Shown here piece by piece: positions 51,893 to 64,000 of a DNA stretch of 64,000 nucleotides. Position 1 is the first letter of the stretch. Every line of letters begins with the position of its first letter. The DNA is from Chiloscyllium plagiosum. Taxonomy: Eukaryota. A model generated the notes under the pieces. The model made no database searches and was not told the origin of the DNA. It saw nothing but the letters and a program-made list of their open reading frames with translations. The stretch is taken from NCBI RefSeq assembly GCF_004010195.1, contig NC_057719.1, positions 49,127,336 through 49,191,335 of the forward strand, given 5' to 3'. The position numbers were made by a program, and so were the translations under genes.

Positions 51893-52978
51893 GGATGCTG
51901 GCATTGCTAGCCAGGCTAGTATTTATGTCCTGAGGAAGGTGATAGAGAGCTGCCTACTTGAACTACTGCAGTCCACGTGGTCTAACGACATCCATTGTGC
52001 TGTTAGAAAGGGTGCTCAAGGACTTTGACCCAATGACAATGAAGAAATGGCACAAGAGAGTTCCAATTCAGGATGATGTGTGGTTTGGAAGGGAACTTGC
52101 AGTTGGTTGTGTTCCCATGTCCTGGGTAGAGGTCATGGGTTTGGAAAGTGCTTTTGGAGGAGCCTTGGTGTATTTTGTAGACTAGGCCAGACCACTCAAA
52201 ACATTCTCAAGCAGGCTGCCCAGACCATAACTTTGCAATTTGTTTCAATAAGTGTACAGTGAAAATTACCTGGAGTAAATTAGCTAGGTTGACTACCAGG
52301 TTTTAAAACAGACAAAAATTTATTCACAAAATTATACAATGAAACACAAAGAACCCCCACAGAACTCAGTCTATCCAAACTGAATATACACCACAGTCCC
52401 AATAAGCAACCCCCCTTAAAAAGTAAAAATGGAACAAATGCTTACAGGTTGAAGTTAGAAGGGCTGAAGGAGAGAGAGAGAAAGAGTCTGTTTCCATACA
52501 GCTGAACACCTCAGTAGTTCTGGACTGAACTGCTCAGCTGGAGAGCTGACACCTCCCCTTTCATTATATAGGTTTCTTCTAAAACATGACCACTTTGGCC
52601 TGAAGTCTCATCTGTTTATATATAAACAGAAAGGCCCCTCAATACTCTTTAGTTTCTGTACCAAGCTAGTCACCTCGGAGCCGGGAGAGTTTTTTACCTC
52701 TGAAAAAATAATCAAGGACACAGTATCCTTGAGAAAAGGAACAGCTTTTAGAAAAAAGGGACCAGCTTTGTGACAGTACAAACTGTTGTCAGTATCTGTT
52801 GGTGTTGGAGGGTGTGAATTTTGAAGAGTGTGAACGGTGTGCTAATTGAGTAAATGGCTTTGGCCTGGATGGTTTTGAGGTTTTAGATTATTGTTGGAAC
52901 TGCACACATCCAGGCAGGTGGAGGGCGTTTCACCACACTTGATTTTGACAGACATTGGGGAATCAAGCTGAGTTATTT
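51893..52978 (-). mobile_element. Old LINE 3' region (same family as 9140-9836), interrupted by an LTR-like unit
   Basis: Antisense match to the 9230-9430 sequence (ttggaaagtgct...gccttggtg; tgttggtgttggagggtgtgaa). Confidence 0.6.
52181..52775. mobile_element. Solo-LTR-like insertion
   Basis: A ~600-bp non-coding block that interrupts the LINE and ends ...tgtgaca. No clear TSD. Confidence 0.5.
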
Positions 52979-53190
52979 GCCTTTTGGCTCGGAATATGTG
53001 TAGTTTCTGAGGACCAGAGGAAGAGTTTCTGCTCGAGCGCTGCAGGTTCGACACAGCGGACGTGTGCTAGCGGGGGAGAAACCACGTGGATCGTGTTGCG
53101 AGGCGTCGGACCTGCTGGAGACCATCACTGGATCGTGATTGGACGTAGAAGGATCGTTTGGTTGTGCTGACCTGCTCTTGGTGGATCTTT

Positions 53191-54604
53191 ATGCTGGCTT
53201 CCGCCTAATGCCAATTCAGGTACCAGCCAACCGCTCGCAGCCCAGGCCAGGGCATTCTCAACACAGTCAGGGTGACTGTGAAGAAGGTGGAGGAGCACAC
53301 ACCGGTAGATCGGACGGTGTTCGTGAAGAAGATTTTGCTGGAGTGCTGCGGGTTCGAAGCAGCTGACGTGTACTGCCTGCAAGATTTCCCTGCGGCAGGC
53401 TATTTCGACGTGACCTTCAGGAGCGTGAAGAATTGCGAGCAGCTCCTGAAGGTCTTCAAGGAGAAGGAAGGGGAACCTCTGTTCTCCATCTTGTCGGCGG
53501 TCCCGTTGTGTGTGCTTCCTGCGCAAAGGAGTCGGATTGTAACAATCAAGATGTACAACCCTCATGTCCCAGCAGCAGATTTCCTGACCTTCTTGAGAAG
53601 ATACGTCCAGGTCGAGGGAGAGAGTACCGATGTGGTCGATCCTTTCGGGATCTAGACCAGCAAATGACAGGTCAGGGTAACCCTGAGGATCGATGCCAAT
53701 GGGAACATCCTCAACCCACCCTCCAGCTTTGCCATCGGAGGAAGCAGAGGTTACCTGACATACGCAGGGCAGCCAAAAGTGTGCCGAACCTGCGGGAGGT
53801 CAGGACACATGGCGGCGGATTGTAAGGTGACCGTCTGCCAAAACTGCAAGCAGGAAGGCCACCCGACAAAGGAATGTAAGGAGGCCAAGAACTGTAATCT
53901 GTGCAGAGAGGCGGGCCACATGTACAAGGCCTGCCTAAGACGAGGGGCCGCCACCTACGCACAGATGGCCGGAGGTGGCAACACGGCAGGCTGTAGCGGA
54001 GCAGACGGCAGACAGCGGGGAGATGCAGCAGCCGATCCAAGCGCCTTCAAGACAGACGGAGAAAATGGAAGAGCAGGGATCAAAGGAGGCAGAGGATTGG
54101 ATTACTGTCAAAAGCAGGAAGAGGAAACCTCCCAAAGCCACCCAGCGAAGGGGGAAGCGACACCTACACGACGAGGATACAGGCAGCTCTTCCGACGGTG
54201 AGGACGGGCGCAAGGAGGATTGTCACCAGAGGAAGAGATAGAGCGCCGCGGGGAAAAAGGAGGGCAGCACCGCCCAAGCAGGAAAAGACGATCCCTCTGA
54301 GGGGGTGGGTAAAGGCCTCCCCGCACCCGGTGAGAACCAAGAGGTACCCACCGGCCCACAGCGCCAGGTAACTGGGAGCAGCGGTCCTGTGACAGCCCCG
54401 CTGTCAGATGGAGAACTGGACTATGCAGACCCTTGGCCCTACCCGAAGGCACCAGAGTGGGGAAATGGCTCCAGCATGGAGCTGGACAGCTACCTCAGCC
54501 CTGGGAGGATCCAGCAGTTTGCTGTCACCACGGGGATGCACACAACTACCCCAGAGGGGCAAGACCAGCAGCAAATGGACAGTGTTAACCTCGTAAACTG
54601 TTAA
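53191..54604 (+). pseudogene. Tx1 ORF1 (gag-like, 3x CCHC zinc knuckle; ZCCHC3-like), disrupted
   Basis: DVYCLQDFPAAGYFDVTF, CRTCGRSGHMAADC, CQNCKQEGHPTKEC and CNLCREAGHMYKAC. In-frame stops (e.g. 53653) and frameshifts. The start is approximate. Confidence 0.85.
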
Positions 54605-54605
54605 A

Positions 54606-57600
54606 ATGGGGTTAAAAATTGCCAGCATCAATGTGCGTAGCATCAAATCAGCTACGCGATGTGTTTCTATGATGGCCTTCCTGGCCAACGTTAAAGCCGA
54701 CGTCCTGTTTCTGCAGGAGTGTGGGATACCGCACCTCAGCAGCTACAGGAGATGGTCGAGCTTGTGGGCCCATGGGCCGTCAGTTCGATCGGGGGGCAAC
54801 GATAGCCGCGCCTCCGGCCTGTGTATCCTGTTGTGAGGAGGCAACTTCACCATCTCCGAGGTTAAGGAGGTGGTGGGCGGTCGCCTCCTCGTCGCCGACG
54901 TCATGTACAGGAATGCTCCCCTGAGACTGATTAATGTGTACGCCCCAGTGGGTAAGAGTGAACGGTTGGCCGTTCTGCAGCAGCTTCCACTGTTGCTGGC
55001 TACGTCCAGGCCGGTCATTCTGGCCGGAGACTTCAACTGTATCATTGATGCAGATGGACGATCCGGCGGGGGAGACAGTAAACTGGACGCCACGTCCAGA
55101 GCCCTGATGGACATGGTAAAAGATGCCAAGCTGCACGACGTCTTCAGCACCCCTCCAGATGGAGCGCAGCGTAGATACACCTGGTCACGGGCAGACGGGT
55201 CTATCTGCTCAAGGATAGATTACCTGTTTGTGTCCCGAACGCTCTCGGTCAGATCGACCGACGTCAAGCCAGTGTTCTTCTCTGACCACTGCCTCCTGCT
55301 GGCCAACTGTCACCTACAGGACTAGCAGCGGGCTGGTAAGGGAACGTGGAAGCTGAACACAAAGCTGTTGACCCCGGGAAACATTGAGGAGCTCAAGAGG
55401 GACTACGCAGGTTGGAGAACCGTGAAGCCCCTCTTTGAGTCCCCAGCGGACTGGTGGGAAACAGTAAAAGGGAACATCAAGAGGTTCTTCATCCTCAAAG
55501 GTGTTCAGGAGGCGAGAGAGAGGTGGGGAAAACTGTCCCAGCTCCAGGAAAGTATGCAGAACCTGCTTCTGCTGCAGACGATGGGGGTGTATGTTACGGA
55601 GGACCTCAAGGAGGTGAAGGGCCAGCAAGCCTCGGTCTTTGCCTCGGAGGCCTCCAAGATAATCTTCCGGTCCAGGGTCCGCTCGGTGGAGACGTGCACA
55701 CGTTTCTTCTTCCAGAAGATGCACAAAGAGAGCTCCATGCTCAGCAGCCTGAAGGAAGAAGATGGCTCGATAACGTCATCTCAGGCTGACATCATGAGGA
55801 TCAGCAAATCCTTCTATGCCAATCTGTATGACGCAAAGCCGACTGACAGCGCGGCCTCCCAGTCGATTAGGTCCTCTATCACGGAGGTCTTAGACGACAG
55901 AACATGCGAGAGGCTGGACCAGCCGCTATCTCTGGACGAGCTGACCAAGGCGCTTGAGTCCTTCGAAAAGAATAAAACTCCCGGAAGCGACGGCTTACCG
56001 GTCGAGCTCTTTTCCGCTCTGTGGGACTTGATTGGCCAGGACCTGCTGGAGGTGTATGTCAGTATGCTTTGGGCAGGTACCATGAGTGAATCCATGAGGA
56101 AAGGCATCATCACCCTCATCTACAAGCGGAAGGGGGAGAGGGAGGAACTCAAAAATTGGAGACCAATCTCACTATTGAATGCGGATTACAAAATTCTGTC
56201 AAAGGTAATCGCCAACCGGGTCAGTTCTGCTCTGGGGTCGGTGATTCACCCTGACCAAACCTGTGCTGTGCCGGGCAGGAAGATCGCTGAGAGTCTCGCA
56301 CTCCTCAGGGATACGATCGCCTACGTACAGGACAAGGGGCTGGACACCTGCCAGATCAGCCTGGACCAGGAGAAAGCCTGAAACAGGATATCACACAGGT
56401 ATATGAGAGATGTTCTCTCCAAAATGGGCTTTGTGGAGGGAATCTGCAATTGGATCAGACTGCTCTTCACCAACATTCAGTGCAGTCTCAATCAATGGGT
56501 GGGAAACAGACAGCTTCCCAGTCAGATCTGGAATCAGGCAGGGCTGCCCTCTCTCTCCTGCCTTGTTTGTGTGCTGCATAGAGCCATTTGCTGAGTCCAT
56601 CAGGAAGGATGCGAGCCTGAGAGGGGTGACTATTCCTGGCAGCGAGGGCCTGCAGATTAAGACCTCCCTGTACATGGATGACGTCGTCGTTTTCTGCTCT
56701 GATCCGCTGTCCGTGCGCAGACTCATGTGCATATGTGACCAGTTTGAACGGGCCTCGGGGGCCAAGGTAAACCGAATCAAGACCGAGGCCATGCTCTTCG
56801 GGAACTGGGCCGACAATCCTCAATCCCCTTCACCATCAAGACCGACCACCTGAAGGTGCTGGGTATTTGGTTCGGGTGGGCTGGGGTGTGCGCCAAGTCT
56901 TGGGAGGAGCGTATCAGCAAAGTGAGGCAGAAATTGGACAGATGGAAGCTACGGTTGCTCTCCATTGCGAGAAAAAAACCTGGTCATCAGATGTGAGGCA
57001 CTGTCATTGCTATTATATGTGGCACAGGTCTGGCCTATTCCCAGAACCTGTGCCGCTGCAGTCACCCGGGCCATCTTCCAGTTTATATGGAGGTCAAAGA
57101 TGGACTGGGTCCGAAGGGACTCGCTGTACGAAGATCTGGGCAACGGGGGAAAAAATACACCCAATGCCACCCTCACCCTGATGGCCACCATTATGTGTGG
57201 CTGCATCAAGCTGTGCGTGGATCCCCGGTACGCAAACACCAAGTGTCACTACATACTGAGGTTCTACCTGTCCCCGGTGCTGCGAAGGATGGGCCTGGCC
57301 TCGCTGCCGCGGAACGCTCCGAATAGTTGGACCGTTCCGTATCACCTGGCCTTCGTGGAGAAATTTATCAAGAAAAACACCTTTCGACCACAAGTCCATC
57401 AGGAAGTGGTCAGCACCTAGTGTCCTTGAGACCCTTCTGGAAAAGGAGAGGGCGGATCCTATCGAACGGTTCCCTGAGCAGACTGTCAAAGCCATTTGGC
57501 AGAATGCCTCATCACCAGAACTTTCCAACAAGCACCAAGACATGGCTTGGCTGGTGGTGAAAAGGGCTCTGCCTGTGAGATCCTTTATGCACCTCCGGAC

Positions 57601-58003
57601 TCTCAGCCGCACCGCACGCTGCCCTCAAAGCGGCTGCGGGGGGGACGAGACTGTCACACACCTCCTTCTGGAATGTGCCTACGCAGAGGAAGTCTGGAGA
57701 GGAATGCAGTGGTGTTTGTCGAGGTTCGTCCCGAGCAGCGCCGTGACGCGGGACTCCATGCTCTATGGTCTGTTCCCCGGGACGCACACCGAGACGAACA
57801 TCAACTGTGCCTGGAGGATCATCAACTCGGTGAAGGACGCTCTCTGGGGGGTCTGAAACCTGTTGATCTTCCAGCTGAAGGAGTTGACCCCAACTGAGTG
57901 TTGCAGAGCGGCACATTCCAAGGTCCAGGACTACGTGCTGAGGGACACGCTGAAGCTTGGGGCAGCTGCCGCCAAGGCGCGGTGGGGAAAGACCACTGTG
58001 TAA
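54606..58003 (+). pseudogene. Tx1 ORF2 (APE endonuclease, RT, C-terminal Zn motif), disrupted
   Basis: SINVRSI, FLQEC, INVYAP, AGDFNC, SRIDY, SDH; KTPGSDGLP, NWRPISLLNADYK, GIRQGCPLSP, YMDD; CPQSGCGGDETVTHLLLEC. Confidence 0.92.
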
Positions 58004-58789
58004 CATCTGCCTGCCTAAAGAAGAACAGGGGGCCCGTGCAGTCATTTGGGCTCTGCTGACGCCTCAGGTAAAAATGTAATCGTACAGATCTGTAAATAGG
58101 AATGATTACTCTGTTTTCGATATGCAAACAAATGGAATATTTACATATGTATGGCATGTCCAGTTGTACAGATCAATAAAGTATTTTATGAATAAAGTAT
58201 ATTTTTGAAATAAAAAAAAGGAGATAGTTATATATTAACTGCCAAGGAAAAGCTATTAAGGTACAGTGCCAGCGATAAGCAGTAATCAGTTAGAAGTGGA
58301 AGATAAGTTTATATTTTCATTACTGGGGTTAAACTGAACAATATTAAAATCTAGATGGTAAGTGACGCCCCTCTAACTTATTGTTCAAATAATGTCATTT
58401 GACGTGACAGGAAGATGTTGGGATTGTAACCTCATTTGAGATCAAATAATGTCATCTGCACTATTTTTGATGGTTGAACAAGTCAATTCTACGAAGATGA
58501 ATTCTGCCACAGGTACCACAGAGAAATTGATCCTTGCCAGTGATATGTGATGATCTCTGACAATTTTTTTGCTGAACTTACATCTACTTTGAAACTTCTG
58601 AATGCACATGTTAAACTGCTGGTGAATTGCTGCTTGTAACTTACATCAACATATTAGGAATTGTCTGGTGAGGACATGCTGTGCCTTTGTCTTGGTTTTC
58701 ACTCTTTCTAAGCTGAGGAGTTTCCCATCCAATCATGTCTGGAAGTACATTCCTTTTATGTTGGCAGGGAAAATTAAGTTTAGAAGAAC

Positions 58790-60303
58790 AGAGGAAGCTA
58801 GAGAAGTGATTGTTGGACCCCTTGCTGAGATATTTGTATCATTGATAGTCATAGGTGAGGTGCCGGAAGACTGGAGGTTGGCAAACGTGGTGCCACTGTT
58901 TAAAAAGGGTGGTAAGAACAAGCCAGGGAACTATAGACCGGTGAGCCTGACCTTGGTGGTGGGCAAGTTGTTGGAGGGAATCCTGAGAGGCAGGATGTAC
59001 ATGTATTTGGGAAGGCAAGGACTGGTTAGGGATAGGGTTAGGGATAGTCAACATGACTTTGTGTGTGGGATATCATGTCTCACAAACTTGATTGAGTTTT
59101 TTGAGGAAGTAACAAAGAAGATTGATAAGGGCAGAGCAGTAGATGTGATCTATTTGGACTTCAGTAAGGCGTTCGACAAGGTTCTCCATGGGAGACTGAT
59201 TAGCAAGGTTAGATCTCATGGAATACAGGTAGAACTAGCCATTTGGATATAGAACTGGCTCAAAGGTAGAAGACAGAGGGTGGTGGTGGAAGGTTGTTTT
59301 TCAGACTGGAGGCCTGTGACCAGTGGAGTGCCACAAGGATCGGTGCTGGGTCCTCTACTTTTTGTTATTTACATAAATTATTTGGATGCGAGCATAAGAG
59401 GTACATAGTAAGTTTGCAGATGACACCAAAATTGGAGGTATAGTGGACAGCGAAGGAGGTTATCTCAGATCGTAGCAGGATCTTGATCAGATTGGCCAAT
59501 AGGCTGAGAAGTGGCAGATGGTGTTTAATTCAGATAAATAAGAGGTGCTGCATTTTGGGAAAGCAAATCTTAGCAGGACTTATACACTTAATGGTAAGGT
59601 CCTAGGGAGTGTTGCTGAACAAAGAGGCCTTGGAGTGCAGGTTCATAACTCCTTAAGTTGCAGGTAGTTAGGATAGTGAAGAAGGCATTTGGTATGCTTC
59701 CCTTTATTGGTCAGAGTATTGAGTACAGGAGTTGGGAGGTCATGTTGCCGCTGTACAGGACATTGGTTAGGCCACCATTGGAATATTGCGGGCAATTCTG
59801 GTCTCCTCCTTATCGGAAAGATGTTGTGAAACTTGAAAGGGTTCAGAAAAGATTTACAAGGATGTTGCCAGGGTTGGAGGATTTGAGCTATAGGGAGAGG
59901 CTGAACAGGCTGGGGCTGCTTTCTTTGGAGCGTTGGAGGCTGAGAGGTGAATTTATAGAGGTTTACAAAATTATGAGGCGCATGGATAGGGTAAATGGGG
60001 TTGGGGAGTCCAGAACTAGAGGGCATAGATTTAGGGTGAGAGGGGAAAGATATAAAAGAGACCTAAGGGGCAATTTTTTCAGAGGGTGGTACGTGTATGG
60101 AACGAGCTGCCGGAGGAAATGGTGGAGTCTGGTACAAGTGCAACATTTAAGAGGTATTTGGATGGGTATATGAATACGAAGGGTTTGGAGGAATATGGAC
60201 CGGGTGCTGGCAGGTGGGACTAGTTTGGGTTAGGATATCTGGTCGGCATGGACAGGTTGGACTGAAGGGTCTGTTTCCATGCTGTCCATCTCTATGACTC
60301 TAT
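58790..60303 (+). mobile_element. CR1 LINE, 5'-truncated
   Basis: PLFKKGGKNKPGNYRPVSLT, DFSKAFDKV and LVRPPLEYCGQFWSP motifs; tail ctctatgactctat. Confidence 0.93.
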
Positions 60304-60799
60304 ATGCTTCTAAGAGATCGACAAAAGTAACCTAGAGTAGTAATTTGGTGTTCTTCACAATCTTGAAGCTGATTTAAAGGTGAGATGTCTATTGTTGATC
60401 TGCCTACTCTGAAGCCACATTGTGGTGGTGTGTTCTGGATCACTCAGTGAGTGATTGTGTCAATAATATGGACTTGGTTGCGTGCATGTCTTAACCTGGA
60501 GCTTTAGATAATGTTGCTGGAGACTAACTATCTTGCCATCATATGGCTGACCAGGAATATCACTCCCTCCTTATTTCCTCAATGTGCTGGAAGGATTTGC
60601 GACTAATCGTTCTGAGTGACAGCATTATGAGCCTATCTCTCACCAAATAGATTAATTGTGGAGATAGAAAACATGAAGAGTTAGAGGCGTGGTCTTTGCT
60701 TCTCAGTTTTAATGTTGGGATGGTTGTTCTGCATTTGGCCAGACTGCTTGTTTCAGATTTTTCTCTCTGCTACCATTTTGTAAGAAGTATCCGATTCAC

Positions 60800-61290
60800 T
60801 TGGGGAAAAAATATCTGATTTATGATTTCAAAATCACAGTTTAAAGGAAATGTCACTGGAAAGGTAATGGTTTTCTTTCTTGTTTTAATTTGAGTTTTGA
60901 ATGCAGACACCAGGTAGCTTCTGGGTTGGGAGAAGATCTGCACACTTCTTCTCTCTCTCTCTCTCACACTGTCTGTTTCCATCTCAAAGTAGCGCAGCCA
61001 CCTGGGAAACAATCTCAAAATTTTTGAAAAGCAAAGGTCTCTAGGTCAATCTTGTTGCCTACAAGAGCTGCATCAGTACATATCCTTGGAGTGATCGTCT
61101 GCAGTCTGAATTTCAATTCCTGCTTGTTCAAACACCTTGTTTACATTGTCTGCCATGGCTGTTTGGTTTTGTGCTTTCAAAAGTGCAGCTATTCTTTCAA
61201 AGACTGATTTTTTTTTTGTTTTGAAAGTGTTTTCTCATTTCAGTCCACAGTTTTTAAAAACACAAAAATAAAAAGACCCAGTCCTTAGAT
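60800..61290. repeat. Possible LTR-like repeat
   Basis: (ct)n tract followed by ctgtctgtttccat, and an end (aaaagacccagtc) loosely like the 52181-52775 unit. Confidence 0.25.
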
Positions 61291-61907
61291 TATTATATGG
61301 ATATACCAATTATTATTATAGCTCACTGCAGAATTTTTTTGTTTTAGAATGATGTAAAAGCAAGAGTTTTGTGAAAATGAGCATATTAGTTGAAGTTCAA
61401 CACGCTTTGCAAGGAGCGTATTGACAGAGTTGTGACATTGGCTTTTATACAGGTGAAAGATCTACAATTTGAGTTTGGTGTTCATAGTTTATTCAGTCTT
61501 CATCTTTGTAGCAGGGAGTTTGAACCCATCATGTCTGTGCTGGCACTTTGTTGAGCTATCCAAATTATATGCCTGTTCTCTCTACCTTTCCCTTTAATGA
61601 ATTGAATAGTCTCTGCTTCAACTACTCCCTGCTGCAAAGCAACTCATGCTCCAGTAACTCTATGCTCATAAATTTGTGGTAATCTCTCCTCAATATTTTA
61701 ATGACATTTTTAATTGATTCCTTCCTACTGACTCATCAACCAGAGGAAATCATCTTTGCCTGAGGACTTTATGAAAAAGTTTTAAGAAAAGCTGCCTTAA
61801 ACTTCTAAACTTCTTTACACAAGTGGAATTGTTCTTGTATCTTCTCACGGCAAATTTCTTGAAACCATTCTGGTGAACCTGTACTCTTAATTGTGTGGCC
61901 TGTCCTG

Positions 61908-64000
61908 AGGGAAGGTGATGTCCTTGTAGTTTTATTGCTTGACTATCAATCCAGGAACTCCACTAAAGTTCTGGGGACCTGGGTTTGAATCCCACCATGG
62001 TAGGTAGTGGAATTTGAATTCATTAAGAACATCTGGAATTAAGAATCTACTGATGACCATTAAACCATTGTTTATTGTAGGAAAACTCAATCTGGCTCAT
62101 TAATGTCCTTCAGGGAAGGAAGCCTGCCATCTTTGTCCGGCCTGGCCTACATGTGACTCCAAACCCACAGCCATGTGGTTGACTCTCAGCTGCCCTCTGA
62201 AATGGCCTAGCAAGCCACTCAGTTTTATCAGTCGCTGCAAAGTCTCAACAAAGAAATAAAATCGGATGTATTACCTGGCACCAGAAAAGGCAATAGTAAA
62301 AATAGACCTATCAACTATGCACAGTTTTCCTTACTAACATATAGGGATTAGTGCTAAAATTGGGAGAGCTGTCTCACAGACTAGTCAAGCAAACGCCTGA
62401 TATACCTTACAAATGATATCCCAAGATTTGTCCTGTCCTGCTGGCAGAACAACCTAGCAGGGTGGCGACACAGTATACTGTTGGGAGGGAGTTGCCCTGG
62501 GAATCCTCAACATTGACTCTGGGTCCTATGAAGTCTCATGGCTTTAGATTAAACATAGGCAAGAAAACCTCTTGCTGATTACCACATACCATCCCCCCTC
62601 AGCTAATGAACCAGTTTTGCACCATCTTGAACAACACTTAGAGGAAATACTGCGAGTGGCAAGAGTGCAAATATACTCTCGGCGGGGGATTTCACTGTCC
62701 ACCACCAAGATAGCGTCCGCATCAGTGCTACTTATTGAGTTGGTTGGGTGCTAACTGCAAGACAGGTTGTGTGGGAGGTGGTGAGGGAACCAACAAGAGC
62801 AGAAAAACATACTTGACTTCATCATTACCAATCTGCCAGCTGCAGGTGCATCTGTCCATGACAATATTGGTAAGAGTAACCACCACACAGCCCTTTATGG
62901 AGACAAAGTCTTGATTTCACATTGAGAATGCCCTCCAACATGTTGTGTGGCACTATCACTATGCTAAATGGGACTGACTTCGAACAACCAAACAACTCTA
63001 AACATCCTGAGACACTGTGGGCCATCAGCAGCAGTGGAATTATGCTCCAGTACAATCTGAAATCTCATGGCCTGGAGTATCCAATACTGAACCATTACCA
63101 TCAAGCCAGGGGATCAACCATGGTTCAATGGAGAGTGCAGGAGGGTATGCCAGATGCAGCCCCCACATACTAAAAATGAGGTGTCAACCTGGTGCAGCCT
63201 CAAAACATGCCAAACATCATAAGCAGCAAGTGATAGATCTAAGCTCTGCAGTCCTACCACATCCAGTCATGAATGGTGGTGGACAGTTGAACAACTCATC
63301 GGGATATGAGGCAATGTGAGTATCCTCATTTTCAAAGATGGAACAGCATGCAAAAAGTAAGGCTGAAGCGTTTGCAGCAACATTCACCTAGAGGAGGCAA
63401 GTGGATGATCCATTCAGATTCCTCCAGTCATCCCGAGCATTACAGAAACCAGTCGTCTTCAATTTACCTCACTCCACTTGATATCAAGAAACAGTTGAAA
63501 GCAGTGATACTGCAAAGGCTATGGGCCCTGACAACATTCCGGCATTTGAAACGCAGCAGAACATGCCACTCACTTAAAATATTTGCATCTGTCTGACAAT
63601 GTGCAAAATTGCCCCAAGTATGTCCTGTAAATACAAAGCAGGACAAATCTAACCAGGCCAGTCACTGCTCCATCAGTCTACTCTGAGACATCAGTAAAGT
63701 GATGGAAGATGCTGTCAAGTAGCACCTGCTTAATAATAACTCAGTTTGTAATGCCCAGTTTGAGTTCTGCCAGGACCATTCAGCTGCTGACCTCATTATA
63801 GCCTTATTTCAACGTGGACAAAACAGCTGAATTCCAGAGATGAGCTGAGTGTGTCAGACCTTGACATGAAGGCTGCATTCAACAGGGTGCGGCATCAAGG
63901 AGCTCTATCAAAATTGGAATCAATGGGAATCAGGGCAAACTCTCCAATGTTTGTAGTCATACCTGGCACATGGGAAGATGGCACGTGTTGGAGGCCAGTA
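61908..64000 (+). mobile_element. Old CR1/L2-group LINE with a Deu-SINE-like 5' head; APE-RT ORF decayed, runs off the window
   Basis: 61908-62224 matches the SINE at 46194. From ~62325 it reads GLVLKLGELSHRLVKQTPD, LLITTYHPPS, KAMGPDNIP and LDMKAAFNRVRHQGALSKL. Confidence 0.8.

Larger units (their letters stand above)
52979..58219 (+). mobile_element. Near full-length Tx1-clade (L1 superfamily) non-LTR retrotransposon, inactivated
   Basis: GC-rich 5.2-kb block with a gag-like ORF1 carrying three CCHC knuckles and an APE-RT-Zn ORF2. AATAAA at 58175, 58191 and 58209, and an A-tail at 58212-58219. Confidence 0.93.

Noticed and set aside
52979..53009. Functional U2 snRNA gene
   Set aside because: Only 31 nt with 6 mismatches, and no Sm site or 3' stem-loops.

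Overview
This is eukaryotic DNA, very likely from a cartilaginous fish (shark), judged from HE1-type V-SINEs with partner CR1 (HER1-like) LINEs and Deu-domain SINEs. The only host coding sequence I can support is one 148-bp + strand exon of EXOC5/SEC10 (50634-50781). It lies just after a 500-N scaffold gap (49335-49834). The rest is intron-like or intergenic and dense with repeats: several CR1 LINEs (one near full length with an esterase ORF1, one with a 5' inversion), a near full-length but broken Tx1-clade element, about 10 HE1 SINEs, Deu-domain SINEs, Harbinger remnants, a MITE, LTR-like fragments and several Penelope-like element (PLE) families. Most notable: (i) many minimal hammerhead-ribozyme motifs carried by PLE termini, including a tandem pair and a PLE inserted into another PLE's hammerhead core; (ii) a U2-snRNA-like 31-nt leader on the Tx1 element; (iii) a LINE whose EN-RT ORF sits behind a Deu-SINE-type head with no ORF1; (iv) a repeat-poor block rich in octamer and Sox motifs. 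There are no prokaryotic systems or CRISPR arrays. Repeat boundaries are read by eye and are approximate unless a target-site duplication (TSD) is quoted.
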